NCBI GenBank assembly: GCA_036374555.1
Contig: DASUTO010000281.1
Location: forward strand, 3,403 to 67,402
Direction: 5' to 3'
Origin: Chitinophagaceae bacterium
GTDB lineage: Bacteria; Bacteroidota; Bacteroidia; Chitinophagales; Chitinophagaceae
Length of the DNA stretch: 64,000 bases
Shown here: piece after piece, positions 56,272-64,000 of the stretch
Layout: the number at the start of each line of letters is the position of its first letter
Position numbering within the stretch: the stretch's first letter is position 1
The notes under the pieces: model-generated
Databases searched by the model: none
Told to the model about the DNA's origin: nothing
The model's input: the letters and a program-made list of their open reading frames with translations, nothing else
Translations under genes and position numbers: made by a program

Positions 56272-56612
56272 GTAAAGGAATTCAACGATCAACGCACCCG
56301 AATGAATCAGGTAATCTTCAGCAAAAACAATCTTGTGTTGAAATGACTTTGGAACCTCGATACCAGCACTTATGAAAATGGTGTACCTGATACAAAGACG
56401 AAGGAAATGTTTGGTTTGGTTGTCCGCCGCGGCGGGTGCTGCGTTGTGATGATTGTATCAAGTACCATCCTGGAATATGCTATGAAATAGGGATCACCAC
56501 TGCCCAGGTGTACGAGATCTTTGCCGTGGCAAATATAGTTGGCGGCACAATTGTAATCCCGCAGACCTGCCGTGCTGCCGGGTATTGGGAAGAATTGGGA
56601 AATAACGAATAA
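56272..56612 (+). pseudogene. Decayed carboxymuconolactone-decarboxylase/AhpD-like (CMD family) gene
   Basis: Frame 1 reads VKEFNDQRTRMNQVIFSKNNLVLK-TGA(56344-56346)-LWNLDTSTYENGVPDTKTKEMFGLVV. The conserved core RCDDCIKYHPGICYEIGITTAQVYEIFAVANIVGGTIVIPQ...* continues in another frame from 56442 to the stop at 56612. There is no intact ORF of 60 aa or more. Confidence 0.7.
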
Positions 56613-56660
56613 TTAAGGGTATGATTTGACAAAAATCATGACCAATAGCATTGAAACCCA

Positions 56661-56690
56661 TTGCTTCCTATTCGTTATTCTATAAATTTG
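56661..56690 (+). promoter_or_regulatory. Candidate promoter of korB
   Basis: aTTG (56661-56663), 19 nt, then TAAATTTG (56683-56690), 16 nt before the ATG at 56707. Confidence 0.3.
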
Positions 56691-56706
56691 CAGTCAATAT
56701 TTTTTT

Positions 56707-57735
56707 ATGAGTGAAACAACAGTTGCTCCTGCCCTTACCGCTAAAGATTTTACAACCGACCAGGAAGTACGCTGGTGCCCCGGTTGTGGTGATTATTCAA
56801 TTCTTGCACAAGTGCAAAAAGTAATGCCAACACTTGGCATACCCCGTGAGAATATTGTTATCATTTCAGGTATCGGTTGCAGCAGCCGGTTTCCATATTA
56901 TATGAATACTTATGGGATGCATTCGATCCATGGAAGAGCGACAGCTGTGGCCAGCGGTTTAAAAGCATCAAGACCCGAGTTGAGTGTCTGGATCGTGACT
57001 GGTGATGGCGACAGCCTGAGTATCGGTGGCAATCATACCATTCATTTGCTTCGCAGAAATTTTGATGTAAATATTCTTTTATTCAATAACCAGATATATG
57101 GTTTAACAAAAGGACAGTATTCGCCAACATCAGAAGAGAACAAGGTTACGAAATCAACCCCCTATGGCAGCATTGATCATCCGTTTAATCCTTTAGCACT
57201 GGCTATGGGGGCTGATGCAACATTTGTAGCAAGAACAATGGATCGTGACCCGAAGCATTTGCAGGCAATGCTGCTTCGTGCCAATGCACATAAAGGAGCA
57301 TCTTTCCTTGAGATCTACCAGAACTGCAACATATTTAATGATGGCGCTTTCGAAATGTTTACTGAAAAAGGAACAAAAGCTGCAGAAACATTATTCCTTG
57401 AACAAGGTCAGCCATTGACTTTTGGCGCAAATAAAGAAAAGGGAATTAAGCTGGACGGATTTACACCAAAAGTTGTAAATCTTGCTGATGGTTTTAGCCC
57501 CGATGATCTCTGGGTGCATGATGAAAAGGATATTTACAAAGCCCAGATACTGGTTCGCATTTTTGATAACCCAGGTGTTGAGGGCCACCTGCCACGACCG
57601 TTTGGGGTCTTCTATCAAAAAGACCGGAGTTGCTATGAAGATGTGATGGAGCAACAAATTAAAGATGCAAAAGCAAAGAAGGCTGCCGATCTTGATAAAC
57701 TTTTAAGGGGAAATGAAGTGTGGGTGATCAACTAA
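56707..57735 (+). CDS. korB: 2-oxoacid:ferredoxin (acceptor) oxidoreductase beta subunit
   Basis: 342-aa ORF with VRWCPGCGDYSIL, GIGCSSRFP, TGDGDSLSIGGNH and NNQIYGLTKGQ. Confidence 0.9.
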   Translation: MSETTVAPALTAKDFTTDQEVRWCPGCGDYSILAQVQKVMPTLGIPRENIVIISGIGCSSRFPYYMNTYGMHSIHGRATAVASGLKASRPELSVWIVTGDGDSLSIGGNHTIHLLRRNFDVNILLFNNQIYGLTKGQYSPTSEENKVTKSTPYGSIDHPFNPLALAMGADATFVARTMDRDPKHLQAMLLRANAHKGASFLEIYQNCNIFNDGAFEMFTEKGTKAAETLFLEQGQPLTFGANKEKGIKLDGFTPKVVNLADGFSPDDLWVHDEKDIYKAQILVRIFDNPGVEGHLPRPFGVFYQKDRSCYEDVMEQQIKDAKAKKAADLDKLLRGNEVWVIN

Positions 57736-58639
57736 GTAGTATGGGTTTTCTCAATTCTTTATCAGCATTCTCAAATACTTTTTTCTTTTTTCTTTCATAC
57801 CACCACACCGGTGCGGTTTTTTTCATTACTGTATCGATGCTGCGCATTCCAAAAAGGTTCCAGGCAGCTTTCATTTTCCCGGTAAGCGATGGTTGCATGG
57901 CTCTAAGACTCATCGCAAATCCACTATCTAGATATTCCATGTGATGCCACCAACCAGCGGGCATAAATAATGTATCTCCATGATCCAGGACAGCCTCGAG
58001 TCCCTGTGCAAGTTTCAATGCAGGATATTTTTCATAATCAGGGCTGCCGTTTTGCATATAATAATTGGAGAAATCGGCCAATGATAAAACCTCGTATGGC
58101 TTTCTGTAAAGCTTGTATTGTTCTTCAAAAGGAAATAACAGCACCCTTTTTCTGCCGGCAAACTGAGTATGAAGGATATTCGAAAGATCAATATCAAAAT
58201 GCATGTGGGTGATGGAAGTGGCTCCGCCTGTAAAAAGCATCGGGTATTTTTTTATAAAGCCCTTCATCATATGTTCAGGCCATGTAAAATCATTTATCAA
58301 TTGTGGCGCATGGTCAAAAATGTTGAATAAAAAGATTCGCCAGCCAGCAGGCCCCTGGCTTATCATATCTATGTACTCACCGAATGTTTTATAATCGTCA
58401 GCTTTATTTATGGGAGTGTAGGCATCACTTTTTACATTATTATAAAGCGGAACTTGTTTGTCACCAACTAACTCTTTAAAATAGGTCCAGTTCCATTTTT
58501 TGTAAGCGGGCCACTGATGTGAAAGATCCCGGATAATCACCGGAAAATTCTTATCATAGAATTCATGCCTGAATTCTTCCGGCGAAATTGTATCAACAAC
58601 AGGAAGTGGCCTTAGTTGCATGCAGCACAATTTTGACAA
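57728..58639 (-). CDS. Cupin-like / JmjC-type domain protein
   Basis: 303-aa ORF with TSITHMHFDIDLSNILHTQFAGRKRVLLFP...GDTLFMPAGWWHHMEY (HxD...H pattern). Confidence 0.7.
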   Translation of the reverse strand: MSKLCCMQLRPLPVVDTISPEEFRHEFYDKNFPVIIRDLSHQWPAYKKWNWTYFKELVGDKQVPLYNNVKSDAYTPINKADDYKTFGEYIDMISQGPAGWRIFLFNIFDHAPQLINDFTWPEHMMKGFIKKYPMLFTGGATSITHMHFDIDLSNILHTQFAGRKRVLLFPFEEQYKLYRKPYEVLSLADFSNYYMQNGSPDYEKYPALKLAQGLEAVLDHGDTLFMPAGWWHHMEYLDSGFAMSLRAMQPSLTGKMKAAWNLFGMRSIDTVMKKTAPVWWYERKKKKVFENADKELRKPILLS

Positions 58640-58720
58640 AGATATAGATGGACATCATACAGCTTGTAAACTAAGTGATAAAATTTGCAAATGCAGTTAA
58701 TTGATAGTTAATGATTAATA

Positions 58721-59335
58721 TTAAGAAAAGTCTTCTTTGGTAAAAAGCTCAGGCTGCTCAGAGAAAAGCCGCCAGCTTTTCCGGTGATATTTACACATAC
58801 CATATTCGTCGAGGGCTTTTCGATGTTCTGGCGTCCCATATCCTTTATTACTTGCCCAATTATAGTGAGGAAATTCTTCGTGAAGCTTTTTCATATATTC
58901 ATCACGATAAGTTTTGGCTAGAATACTTGCCGCAGCGATTGAAGCATAAATGCCATCCCCTTTTATAATACAGCGGTGAGGCACTCTTCTATACTTCACG
59001 AAATAATTTCCGTCGATCAATAGCAATTGTGGTTTTGGCTTCAATTGGTTTACCGAAACATGCATCGCTTTTATAGATGCCTGCAAAATATTAATGCGGT
59101 CAATTTCATCATGACTGATGCTGGCAACTGCAAAACTGATCGCTTCCTTTTCAATAACTATCCGTAATTCATTTCTTTCATCCTCGGTTAATTGTTTTGA
59201 ATCATTCAGTAAAGGATGAAAAAAATCCTTTGGAAGAATAACCGCGGATGCAAATACGGGTCCTGCAAAACAGCCACGACCAGCTTCATCGCAACCGGCT
59301 TCAGTTAATTGGTCCTGGTAAAAAGGATTCAGCAT
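58721..59335 (-). CDS. rnhB: Ribonuclease HII
   Basis: I use the MLNPFYQDQ start. AGCDEAGRGCFAGPVFASAV, LLIDGN and ASIAAASILAK. Confidence 0.9.
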   Translation of the reverse strand: MLNPFYQDQLTEAGCDEAGRGCFAGPVFASAVILPKDFFHPLLNDSKQLTEDERNELRIVIEKEAISFAVASISHDEIDRINILQASIKAMHVSVNQLKPKPQLLLIDGNYFVKYRRVPHRCIIKGDGIYASIAAASILAKTYRDEYMKKLHEEFPHYNWASNKGYGTPEHRKALDEYGMCKYHRKSWRLFSEQPELFTKEDFS

Positions 59336-59407
59336 TTTGTGAGGTTGCACAAATATCGCAGAACAAAAATTATTTTCAGCGACTGTAGCAGCTAACTTTG
59401 CGCCGCA

Positions 59408-60490
59408 ATGCCAGAAATTTTTCCACACAGAACTTCTCCGAAGGAGTCCTCACAGACAAAAGCTGTTGCCAATTGGTTAATGATCGGCGTTGGTATGCTG
59501 ATCATTCAGATATTATTGGGCGGAGTTACACGTCTTACCGGGTCGGGCCTGTCAATTACTGAATGGAATGTGATCACAGGAACATTGCCGCCATTGAATG
59601 AGCAAAAATGGATCGAAGAGTTTAATAAATATAAACAGACTCCGCAGTATTTACTTCTCAACGCCGATTTTACACTACAGGATTTTAAATCCATTTTTTT
59701 CTGGGAATGGTTCCATCGTTTTTGGGCAAGATTGATAGGTGTTGTGTTTGCAATTCCATTTATCATTTTTCTAATTCAAAAGAAATTTAAAGAGGAAATG
59801 ATAAAACCATTGATCGTTCTCTTTCTTTTAGGTGCCTTACAAGGAGCCGTTGGATGGATCATGGTAGCAAGTGGATTAACCGGCGATGCTATTTATGTAA
59901 AGCCAACAAAGCTGATGTTGCATTTTGTTTTAGCAATGGGGTTGCTTTGTTATACATTTTGGTTTGCATTACAATTGTTGGTGCCTGATGAGAAAAGAAT
60001 TGTAAATAGGTCACTAAATAAATTTACGTGCGCAATAATTGCAATGTTGGTTTTGCAATTAGCATTTGGTGCATTAATGGCAGGGCATAAAGCGGCGACC
60101 GCCGCACCCACATGGCCCGACATAAACGGAACATTTATTCCATCCAACATGCTTTCTTCGCCGGATGGATTATTGAATTTGATTGAAAACAGGATCACAA
60201 TTCATTTCTTTCACCGGTCACTTGCATATCTTCTTTTTATATTGATTCTTATTTGGACATGGAAAGCTCTTAAGATAAACGTCAGCGACTTATTCCTGAA
60301 AACGAGATGGCTCCCTTTCCTGCTTGTAACCATACAGGTTGCTCTTGGAATTTTCTCCGTGATCGCCAGTGTGCAGATAGTGCCGAATCATTGGGGAATA
60401 TTTGAATGGCTGGCACAGTTTCACCAGTTAATTGCTATGTTCCTCTTGTTATCTCTTTTCTGGGTGGTTTACCTTATAAAAACTAAATAG
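59408..60490 (+). CDS. ctaA: Heme A synthase (COX15/CtaA family)
   Basis: 360-aa 8-TM ORF with GGVTRLTGSGLSITEW, WEWFHRFWARL and HFFHRSLAYL. Confidence 0.85.
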   Translation: MPEIFPHRTSPKESSQTKAVANWLMIGVGMLIIQILLGGVTRLTGSGLSITEWNVITGTLPPLNEQKWIEEFNKYKQTPQYLLLNADFTLQDFKSIFFWEWFHRFWARLIGVVFAIPFIIFLIQKKFKEEMIKPLIVLFLLGALQGAVGWIMVASGLTGDAIYVKPTKLMLHFVLAMGLLCYTFWFALQLLVPDEKRIVNRSLNKFTCAIIAMLVLQLAFGALMAGHKAATAAPTWPDINGTFIPSNMLSSPDGLLNLIENRITIHFFHRSLAYLLFILILIWTWKALKINVSDLFLKTRWLPFLLVTIQVALGIFSVIASVQIVPNHWGIFEWLAQFHQLIAMFLLLSLFWVVYLIKTK

Positions 60491-60556
60491 CACTTACTTT
60501 GCAATAACCCCGGTTTAATATTAATTTTAAGGAACTAAACCGCCTCTCCTTTACTT

Positions 60557-62812
60557 ATGAAAGCCTGGCTTCGCGGATTCTTTTATTCATTTCCTGTTCA
60601 ACTGTTGTTTCTGCATTTCAGAAAATACCAGGTGTTGCTTATTTTTTGGTTTGTTTTGTTCAGTACGATCAATGGTACTTTCATGCGAACATTTGGCGCC
60701 GATTCTCTTTATTTGGCGCCGGAATATCTTGGTAACGTAAATGCACTTGGTGCAGCAATTGTCGGTATTGCTATCGGCATGTTCATCATGAGCTGGAATA
60801 TTGCCAGTTTTATTTTATTTAGTCGTCACTTTCGATTTCTTGCCGCTACTACTAACCCTTTCTTGAGGTTTTGTATTAACAACTTTGTAATACCACTCGC
60901 CTTCCTGATCTTTTATTTTATTAAAGCGTGGCAATTTATCAGGTATAAAGAACTTATTCCAACGGCAGAATATTTAATGCTCGCGGGTGGTTTTTTATTG
61001 GGATTACTATTAATACTTTTTATTTCATTTATATATTTTTTCAGGGCCGATCGTTCGATCTACCGCCGGATGATGCCGGTAATAAGAAACCCAAAGGAAT
61101 ATATAAGGCATTTAAAGCCCGGAGAATTGCCCCCGAGTGAGTCAAAGATCATAAAAGTGGAATGGTATCTTGAAACACCGATGTCTGTTAAAAAAACAAG
61201 GGATGTTTCTCACTATACCCGTGATTTTATTGAAAATATTTTTAAACGTCATCACTTTGCCGCGGTGCTTTCCGTATTTGCCGCCTTTTTATTTTTGATC
61301 GGAATTGGTTTTCTACAGGACTCAGCTTTTTTTCAAATACCTGCCGCAGCAAGCATCACGGTTTTCTTTGCAATACTTATCGGGGTGGCGGGTGCATTTA
61401 CCTATTTTTTGCAAAGCTGGAGTGTACCTTATGTTCTTGGATTGATAGTTATTCTTAATCTTTTTTATACATGGGATTGGATCGATCCAAGAAATAAAGC
61501 GTTTGGCCTAAAATATTCTAATACCAAAGAACGGCCAGCTTATACCAGGGAACATATATTGGAAATGGCATCACCAAAAAATGTTACTGAAGACAGCCTC
61601 AACATGATCCATGTTTTAGAAAACTGGAAAAGAAAACAGGGAGAAGAAAAGCCCCTGTTCGTCGTAGTTAATACGAGTGGTGGTGGACATCGTAGTGCAA
61701 CATTTACAATGAGTATTCTTCAAAGACTTGATAGTATTACAAATGGCGAGATGATGAAGAAAACTTTTCTTATTACCGGTGCATCAGGTGGAATGATCGG
61801 CGCTTCTTATTTCAGGGAGTTATACCTACGAAAACAAAAAGGTGATAATATTCGTTTGCAGGATAAAAAATATGTTGATGATATTTCCGGCGATCTCCTG
61901 AATCCTTTATTCTCTTCTTTTGTGGCCAGAGATCTTATTTCACCATCACTTAAATTTGAAGTAGGTCCTTATATATATGTAAAGGACCGGGCTTATTCTT
62001 TTGAATCAAAGTTGGATAAGAATACAAATGGTTTCTTAAATAAGCAATTGAAGGACTATAAGGAGGAGGAAAGAAATGCCACCATTCCATTGACATTTTA
62101 TAATTCAGTTGTTTCAAGAGATAGCAGAAAAATGATCATCAGCACACAGCCAATAAGATTTATGATGCGGAGCCGTTATGATACAATAACACTTCCTGGA
62201 ATGGACCCTGATGTAATTGACTTCACTTCTTTTTTTGAAAAGCAGGACCCTTATAATATAAGAATATTGACTGCTTTGCGAATGAACGCAACTTTTCCAA
62301 TTGTACTGCCCAACGTATGGCTTCCGTCAGACCCGGTAATTGATGTAATGGATGCTGGATTAAGGGATAATTACGGACAAGAAACCGGTCTACGCTTCCT
62401 TGAATTTTTTGAAGATTGGATAGCTCAAAACACCTGTGGTGTCCTTATCATTCAATTAAGAGATCGTCCTTCAGGCGGTTGGGATTATCCTTATGTTACA
62501 GAGAATATAGGTGATCATGCTACAAAGCCATTTTTGATGCTTCAGCATAATTGGTTTAAAACAATGGAATATTTTCAGAATGACTTGTTGAGTTATTATT
62601 CGCAACACGCAGTCCATAAAATCAATAAGGTCACCTTTCAATATGCAACGGAAAAACAGGAAGACAAAGCCGCATTGAATTTTCATCTTACGCAAAGAGA
62701 GAAAAAGAATATAATGAGCTCACCTGATTTTCTATTTAATAAAGAGAGTTTTAATAAAGTTGTAAACCTGTTTACCAAAAAAGACTCTTTGGTTGTCAAA
62801 CCGGCTGAATAA
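60557..62812 (+). CDS. Patatin-like phospholipase with a large N-terminal polytopic membrane domain
   Basis: 751-aa ORF with NTSGGGHRSA (oxyanion GGGxR), TGASGGM (GxSxG) and MDAGLRDNYG (catalytic Asp-Gly). Confidence 0.8.
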   Translation: MKAWLRGFFYSFPVQLLFLHFRKYQVLLIFWFVLFSTINGTFMRTFGADSLYLAPEYLGNVNALGAAIVGIAIGMFIMSWNIASFILFSRHFRFLAATTNPFLRFCINNFVIPLAFLIFYFIKAWQFIRYKELIPTAEYLMLAGGFLLGLLLILFISFIYFFRADRSIYRRMMPVIRNPKEYIRHLKPGELPPSESKIIKVEWYLETPMSVKKTRDVSHYTRDFIENIFKRHHFAAVLSVFAAFLFLIGIGFLQDSAFFQIPAAASITVFFAILIGVAGAFTYFLQSWSVPYVLGLIVILNLFYTWDWIDPRNKAFGLKYSNTKERPAYTREHILEMASPKNVTEDSLNMIHVLENWKRKQGEEKPLFVVVNTSGGGHRSATFTMSILQRLDSITNGEMMKKTFLITGASGGMIGASYFRELYLRKQKGDNIRLQDKKYVDDISGDLLNPLFSSFVARDLISPSLKFEVGPYIYVKDRAYSFESKLDKNTNGFLNKQLKDYKEEERNATIPLTFYNSVVSRDSRKMIISTQPIRFMMRSRYDTITLPGMDPDVIDFTSFFEKQDPYNIRILTALRMNATFPIVLPNVWLPSDPVIDVMDAGLRDNYGQETGLRFLEFFEDWIAQNTCGVLIIQLRDRPSGGWDYPYVTENIGDHATKPFLMLQHNWFKTMEYFQNDLLSYYSQHAVHKINKVTFQYATEKQEDKAALNFHLTQREKKNIMSSPDFLFNKESFNKVVNLFTKKDSLVVKPAE

Positions 62813-63698
62813 GCCTGAAACATTTCTTCTTTATTTCAATGGCAAGTTTGCCGGTAGTTTCGGCAGGATCACCATCAATATGTAACGGAGCATTTGAATG
62901 ATTAATGATCTCCAGTTTATCTGTCTGAAAATAAATTACACCGTTTTTTTTTGCTACTACTGAAGAAGCCTCCGGTACATTCCATCCTGCTACTTGTTTT
63001 AACGTTTGCAAAACAAAACTTACTTTATTCTGGCTGGTTACGATTACAATATCAAGTAACCCATCGGATAAACTGGCTTTTGGCGCTATGGTAAAATTAT
63101 TTCCAAACTGGTTACTGTTTGCAATACTCATAAAAAAAGCATCGATATCAAGTATTCTTTTCTCAAACTTTAATTCAAACCGAAAGGGAGTGATTGAAAA
63201 AAAATGTTTTAGTGTTAATTGCGCATAGGTCATCAACCCTCTCTTTGGATGTTCAGCAAATTCATGCGCTACTTTTGCATCAAAGCCAAGCCCCGCTAAC
63301 ATGCACGCAAAACGATCATTGACAAAAAAACCGTCAATAGCGGAAGCAGTTCCATTAAAAATTATATCAAGTGCCTTCGCTGGTTGTTTTGAGATCTTTG
63401 CAGTATGGGCCAACCCATTTCCTGATCCGCAAGGTATGATCCCAAAATCTACCTCTGCCTTTAAAAGACTTCCGACCACACTGCTTATAGTGCCATCACC
63501 ACCTGCAATTACTACATCTGTAATTTTTTCTTCTTTTATAATAGGATCTAAAAAGGAGTAATCCCCATCAGCCATAGAAGGAAAAACGGAATAGACAATA
63601 CCTTTTTCTTTTGTTTTTGTTTCAACAAAATGCTGAAGGTCTTTTTTGGATTTTGTTCCAGCAACAGGATTGATAATGTAAATGATCCTTCGGTTCAT
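62796..63698 (-). CDS. Diacylglycerol/lipid kinase family protein (YegS/BmrU-like)
   Basis: I use the MNRRIIYIINPVAGT start. VIAGGDGTISSV and IPCGSGNGLA. Confidence 0.8.
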   Translation of the reverse strand: MNRRIIYIINPVAGTKSKKDLQHFVETKTKEKGIVYSVFPSMADGDYSFLDPIIKEEKITDVVIAGGDGTISSVVGSLLKAEVDFGIIPCGSGNGLAHTAKISKQPAKALDIIFNGTASAIDGFFVNDRFACMLAGLGFDAKVAHEFAEHPKRGLMTYAQLTLKHFFSITPFRFELKFEKRILDIDAFFMSIANSNQFGNNFTIAPKASLSDGLLDIVIVTSQNKVSFVLQTLKQVAGWNVPEASSVVAKKNGVIYFQTDKLEIINHSNAPLHIDGDPAETTGKLAIEIKKKCFRLIQPV

Positions 63699-64000
63699 CG
63701 TGTATACAATGTACACAAAAGTATGCGACGCACACGAACAGTAGCGGCAATAGCAGGATCTTTTGGAATGGCCCAGCTATACACTCTTACTTTTTGCCGG
63801 CCTTCCATAATGCCCGCAATTTCTGAATTATGAATGCGCAGAAAAAGCGTGTTATTGTATTCTCTTATCTTTTTATCAGTGGAGTCATAAAATGCAATGG
63901 TGCGGATCCACTCCGCCTGTTCGGCAGCAGGGGTGTATTCAATAACAAAAAAGCCAGGGCCTTCCAGGAACCGGTTCAGGAGCACGACTCTTCTTTCATC
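63695..64000 (-). CDS. Hypothetical protein, C-terminal part only (5' end outside the window)
   Basis: The frame is open from base 64000 (DERRVVLLNRFLEGPGFFVIEY...) to the stop at 63695. The last ~20 codons run through a copy of the dispersed GTGCGACGCA-type repeat. Confidence 0.45.
   Translation of the reverse strand, partial: DERRVVLLNRFLEGPGFFVIEYTPAAEQAEWIRTIAFYDSTDKKIREYNNTLFLRIHNSEIAGIMEGRQKVRVYSWAIPKDPAIAATVRVRRILLCTLYTR

Noticed and set aside
56344-56346. In-frame TGA in the CMD-family gene as selenocysteine or another recoding event
   Set aside because: By my recollection of family members the position corresponds to an Arg, not to the redox Cys. No SECIS-like hairpin follows. The gene also carries a frameshift and lacks a start codon, so decay is the simpler explanation.
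57728-57735. Convergent gene-end overlaps (korB/cupin 8 nt; patatin/lipid kinase 17 nt; DUF420/ATL 4 nt) as regulatory antisense arrangements
   Set aside because: Short 3'-3' overlaps are common in compact bacterial genomes. Nothing in the sequence, such as extended complementarity beyond the stops or structured elements, suggests more than tight packing.

Overview
This is a densely coding 64-kb chromosomal window of about 70 genes. It most likely comes from a Bacteroidota genome, Chitinophagia/Sphingobacteriia-like. That is an inference from a T9SS C-terminal sorting domain, TTTG-N19-21-TAnnTTTG promoter boxes, an ACIII plus aa3 oxidase operon, a fused E1 alpha/beta dehydrogenase and the general gene content. 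The centrepiece (30.2-46.6 kb) is a complete respiratory locus: actABCDEF (Alternative Complex III), coxB, coxA, heme O synthase, two subunit-III-like genes, subunit IV, SCO1 and DUF420. Heme A synthase lies 13 kb further on. The left third is rich in secreted peptidases and hydrolases (S9, M14, two M16, a PDZ-aspartyl protease, an M19 dipeptidase, two beta-lactamase-fold hydrolases) and holds a three-gene secreted operon with a 1218-aa repeat fibre. The right third is housekeeping (trmB, Lrp, MarR, acyl-CoA dehydrogenase, korB, rnhB, ctaA, a patatin-like lipase, a lipid kinase). I found no CRISPR array, transposase, integrase, rRNA, canonical tRNA or recognisable defence system. Six things are not explained by ordinary annotation. 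(1) A promoter-driven ~178-nt structured RNA candidate with a tRNA-like acceptor/T-arm module sits directly upstream of the tRNA methyltransferase gene trmB, followed by a tandem partial duplicate with a second intrinsic terminator. (2) A four-copy MEVHHH gene-start module brackets the M14 peptidase: two full-length His-rich membrane proteins, one broken at an A6/A7 run, plus two truncated copies. (3) The repeat fibre carries 12 YPNP modules. (4) ActA has an extra sixth heme domain. (5) A decayed AhpD/CMD-family pseudogene lies next to a korB that has no korA. (6) Several families of short dispersed intergenic repeats and hairpins occur across the window. All functional calls come from reading the translations by eye; no database search was run.
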